64,000 nucleotides of DNA, taken from positions 49,074 through 113,073 of the forward strand of contig JBAYKL010000003.1 of the NCBI GenBank assembly GCA_041664585.1, read 5' to 3'. This stretch comes from Minisyncoccota bacterium (GTDB lineage: Bacteria > Patescibacteriota > Minisyncoccia > Phycocordibacterales > GWA1-40-21). The notes beneath the pieces were generated by a model. That model saw nothing but the letters and a program-made list of their open reading frames with translations. It ran no database searches and had not been told where the DNA came from. The position numbers and the translations under genes are program-made. Shown one piece after another: positions 61,695 to 64,000 of the stretch. Each line of letters begins with the position of its first letter. Within the stretch, counting starts at the first letter, position 1.

Positions 61695-61780
61695 CATTTT
61701 TTAAGAAGGATTTTGCGAAGCAAAATCCTTCTTTTAATTTGTTTTTTCGTTAAAAAATGCTATATTGTCTTTGTTTATAT

Positions 61781-61854
61781 GTCGACGTAGCTCAGACGGT
61801 TAGAGCGTAGCACTCATAAAGCTAAGGTCGGTGGTTCGATTCCACCCGTCGACA
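61781..61854 (+). tRNA. Elongator tRNA-Met(CAU) (Ile2 not excluded)
   Basis: GTCGACG/CGTCGAC acceptor, CTCATAA loop, GGTTCGATTCC. Confidence 0.85.
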
Positions 61855-61940
61855 CAGATTAAGAAAGATATATCTATACGTTTTTTTTAAGTTATTCTTA
61901 ATGCCTAGTGTAATACCCTGTCACGTGTTACAATTGACAG

Positions 61941-62618
61941 ATGCCAATATATAAAAAGGTAAATAAGGATTTTTTTAAAAAATGGACACCTGAGATGGCT
62001 TATATTTTAGGGTTTTTCTCGGCGGATGGGTACATTACTGTGAATAAACGTGGTGCTAGTTTTTGGAGTATACAAATAACAGATAAAGATTTAATTTATA
62101 AAATAAGAGAGTGTGTTGAGGCTGAACATAAAATAGGTTTTAGAAAGGGTTTGGGAAATAATAAGGATTTATACAGATTACAGGTGGGGAGTTTTGAAAT
62201 GTGTGAGGATTTAAACAAATTAGGTTTAAAAGCAAATAAAACTAAAAATCTATTGTTACCAAAAGTCCCCAAGAAATACTTTTCAGATTTTGTCCGTGGA
62301 TATTTTGATGGTGACGGTAATGTTTGGGTTGGTTTTCTCCATAAAAATAGACCCAGACCAGATCTGGTAATTTTTACTGCTTTTACTTCATGTTCTCTTT
62401 GTTTTTTGACTGATTTACGAGATAAATTAAATGCTGCGGGTTTGTCTGGTGGTTCTATTATTAAAAACAAAGCTAATTATTGTCGTCTCTCATTTAGTAC
62501 TAAAAGCACTTTGAAATTATTCAAATATATGTATAATAGTATAGATCTTAAAAAAGATGGTTTGTTCCTGAAGAGGAAAGCAGCTGTTTTTGAGAGATTC
62601 ATCAAAATGCGGGCGTAG
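61941..62618 (+). CDS. Free-standing double-motif LAGLIDADG homing endonuclease
   Basis: MAYILGFFSADG and FVRGYFDGDG motifs. Confidence 0.9.
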   Translation: MPIYKKVNKDFFKKWTPEMAYILGFFSADGYITVNKRGASFWSIQITDKDLIYKIRECVEAEHKIGFRKGLGNNKDLYRLQVGSFEMCEDLNKLGLKANKTKNLLLPKVPKKYFSDFVRGYFDGDGNVWVGFLHKNRPRPDLVIFTAFTSCSLCFLTDLRDKLNAAGLSGGSIIKNKANYCRLSFSTKSTLKLFKYMYNSIDLKKDGLFLKRKAAVFERFIKMRA

Positions 62619-62885
62619 CTCAACGGTAGAGCACTCCCCTGTAGACGTGCAGCTTTTCGTTGAGAGACGAATTGAAACTCTCTGGGATAACGGTGAAGGC
62701 TAAGTTTCATTTAGAAATATGCGAACACCGTGGGAACCCCTAGATTCGCTAGGGGGCGCCGTAGAGACTAGATACCGGAGTACCCTAACTTGTTATGAGA
62801 AGGGTAAAGATATAGTCCACGCCGCTATGAAAATAGTGGAATTAGTGCACGGGAGAGGCCGTGGGGTCAGCACCCATCGCCCGCG
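62609..62885 (+). tRNA. tRNA-Asp(GUC) split by intron (exons 62609-62642 and 62848-62885)
   Basis: Spliced form GCGGGCG..CTCCC-CT-GT|C-AC-GGGAG..CGCCCGC-G folds as a cloverleaf. Confidence 0.88.
62643..62847 (+). mobile_element. Group I intron (205 nt) within the anticodon
   Basis: Follows U, ends in G; P1 CTGT/GCAG with U:G pair; IGS CGTG pairs with 3' exon CACG; GTAGAGACTA and AAGATATAGTCC core (R/S) motifs. Confidence 0.88.
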
Positions 62886-63032
62886 CAATTAAAAGCCCCA
62901 TTTGGGGCTTTTTTGCTATTTATAAAACAATATTTTCTAATATTTATACTGAATAAAATTGTGTTATAATATTTGAACTTACTGATTGGCGTTATTTTTC
63001 TGATTAATTTATAAAAAGATTTATTTAATAAT

Positions 63033-64000
63033 ATGGGTTTTGATTCCATTATATTTCTAATTTTTATAGCTTCTTTTTTCTTTACCCTCTTGTTTAGTTA
63101 CATTGATTTCAAAAGAAAAAAACCGGTTTCAAAAGAACCTTATATTTCTATAGTTATTCCTACTTATAATGACGGTGATACTATTGGAGAATCAATAGCT
63201 AGTGTTTACGATTCTTATAATAAAGAAAAGTTTGAAATTATAGTTGTAAATGACAAGAGTACGGACAATACTTTAGAAAAACTTGAGGTTTTAAGAAATA
63301 AATATAATTTTACTATTTTAAATAATGATGAAAACCTTGGAAAGGTTAGGTCATTAAATCATGCTGTAGATCACACGAAGGGTGATTTTATTTTATTTCT
63401 AGATTCAGACACTCTTATATCTAAAAAAGCGCTTTTTGATATGTTGAGTTCATTAGAAAATCCAAGGGTAGCTGCCTCTACTTGTAGGTATAGGGCAAAA
63501 AACAAAGGCTTTATGGCAAGAATGCAGGAGCTTGAATATGGTTTGCTCGGTTTAATACAGACTTCCTACAATCTAACATCAACTATCAGTTTGTGGGGTG
63601 GGTGTATTTTAATAAAGAAGAACGCCTTAGAGTCAGTCGGTAGATTTTCTCTAAATATGCTTATAGAAGATATGGATTTGGCCTTGAAGCTTGGCGAGAA
63701 TGGCTGGAAGGTTAGAGAAAGTCATTATTCTGTAGCTAGTTATGTGCCAACTTCTTTTAAGGTTTATTATAAACAGAAAATGAGATGGGCTGCTGGATTT
63801 GGGCAAAACTTTTTTGCTCATTACAAAACCTTTTTTAGAAACCCGATGGTAATTTTCTTTTTCTTAACATATTCTCTGCTCACTTTTTCTTTCGTTTTTT
63901 TAATGATAAGAAACATTCTTTTTGTAGACAATCTTTACCAGATTTTTGAATCAATACGTGATCAGGGTTATTCCTTCTTTAATTCTTTATATATGATGCA
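63033..64000 (+). CDS. GT2 glycosyltransferase, processive synthase-like (runs off window)
   Basis: Read manually: ISIVIPTYND, VNDKSTD, GK..SLN, FLDSD, IED, QKMRW. Confidence 0.88.
   Translation, partial: MGFDSIIFLIFIASFFFTLLFSYIDFKRKKPVSKEPYISIVIPTYNDGDTIGESIASVYDSYNKEKFEIIVVNDKSTDNTLEKLEVLRNKYNFTILNNDENLGKVRSLNHAVDHTKGDFILFLDSDTLISKKALFDMLSSLENPRVAASTCRYRAKNKGFMARMQELEYGLLGLIQTSYNLTSTISLWGGCILIKKNALESVGRFSLNMLIEDMDLALKLGENGWKVRESHYSVASYVPTSFKVYYKQKMRWAAGFGQNFFAHYKTFFRNPMVIFFFLTYSLLTFSFVFLMIRNILFVDNLYQIFESIRDQGYSFFNSLYMM

Overview
AT-rich chromosomal segment in standard code 11 with a gene set typical of a Patescibacteria/CPR (Parcubacteria-like) bacterium; the taxonomy is an inference. Core translation content: rpsL-rpsG-fusA, tuf-rpsJ-rplC-D-W-B, rplJL with an L10 leader, infC-rpmI-rplT, smpB plus tmRNA and gatCA. 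Other core genes are ftsH, recG and ligA, plus a probable short 6S RNA. There are five tRNAs, including a rare tRNA-Ile(UAU) and a tRNA-Asp split by a group I intron next to a free-standing LAGLIDADG nuclease. A large type IV pilus/competence region carries 11 pilin-like genes. The most striking accessory locus (16.7-24.4 kb) is a cysD-cysN-cysC PAPS-synthesis cluster plus a sulfotransferase, bracketed by two copies of a repeat-headed pair of DUF1566/Lcl-type lectin genes whose 3' ends look like DGR variable regions. No reverse transcriptase or template repeat is visible in the window. Window-wide patterns: many genes look leaderless; strong Shine-Dalgarno motifs stand out mainly at small stand-alone ORFan cassettes; and a DnaA-box motif sits a fixed 34-35 bp upstream of the -10 box of four surface-protein promoters. 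All calls were made by eye, without database searches.
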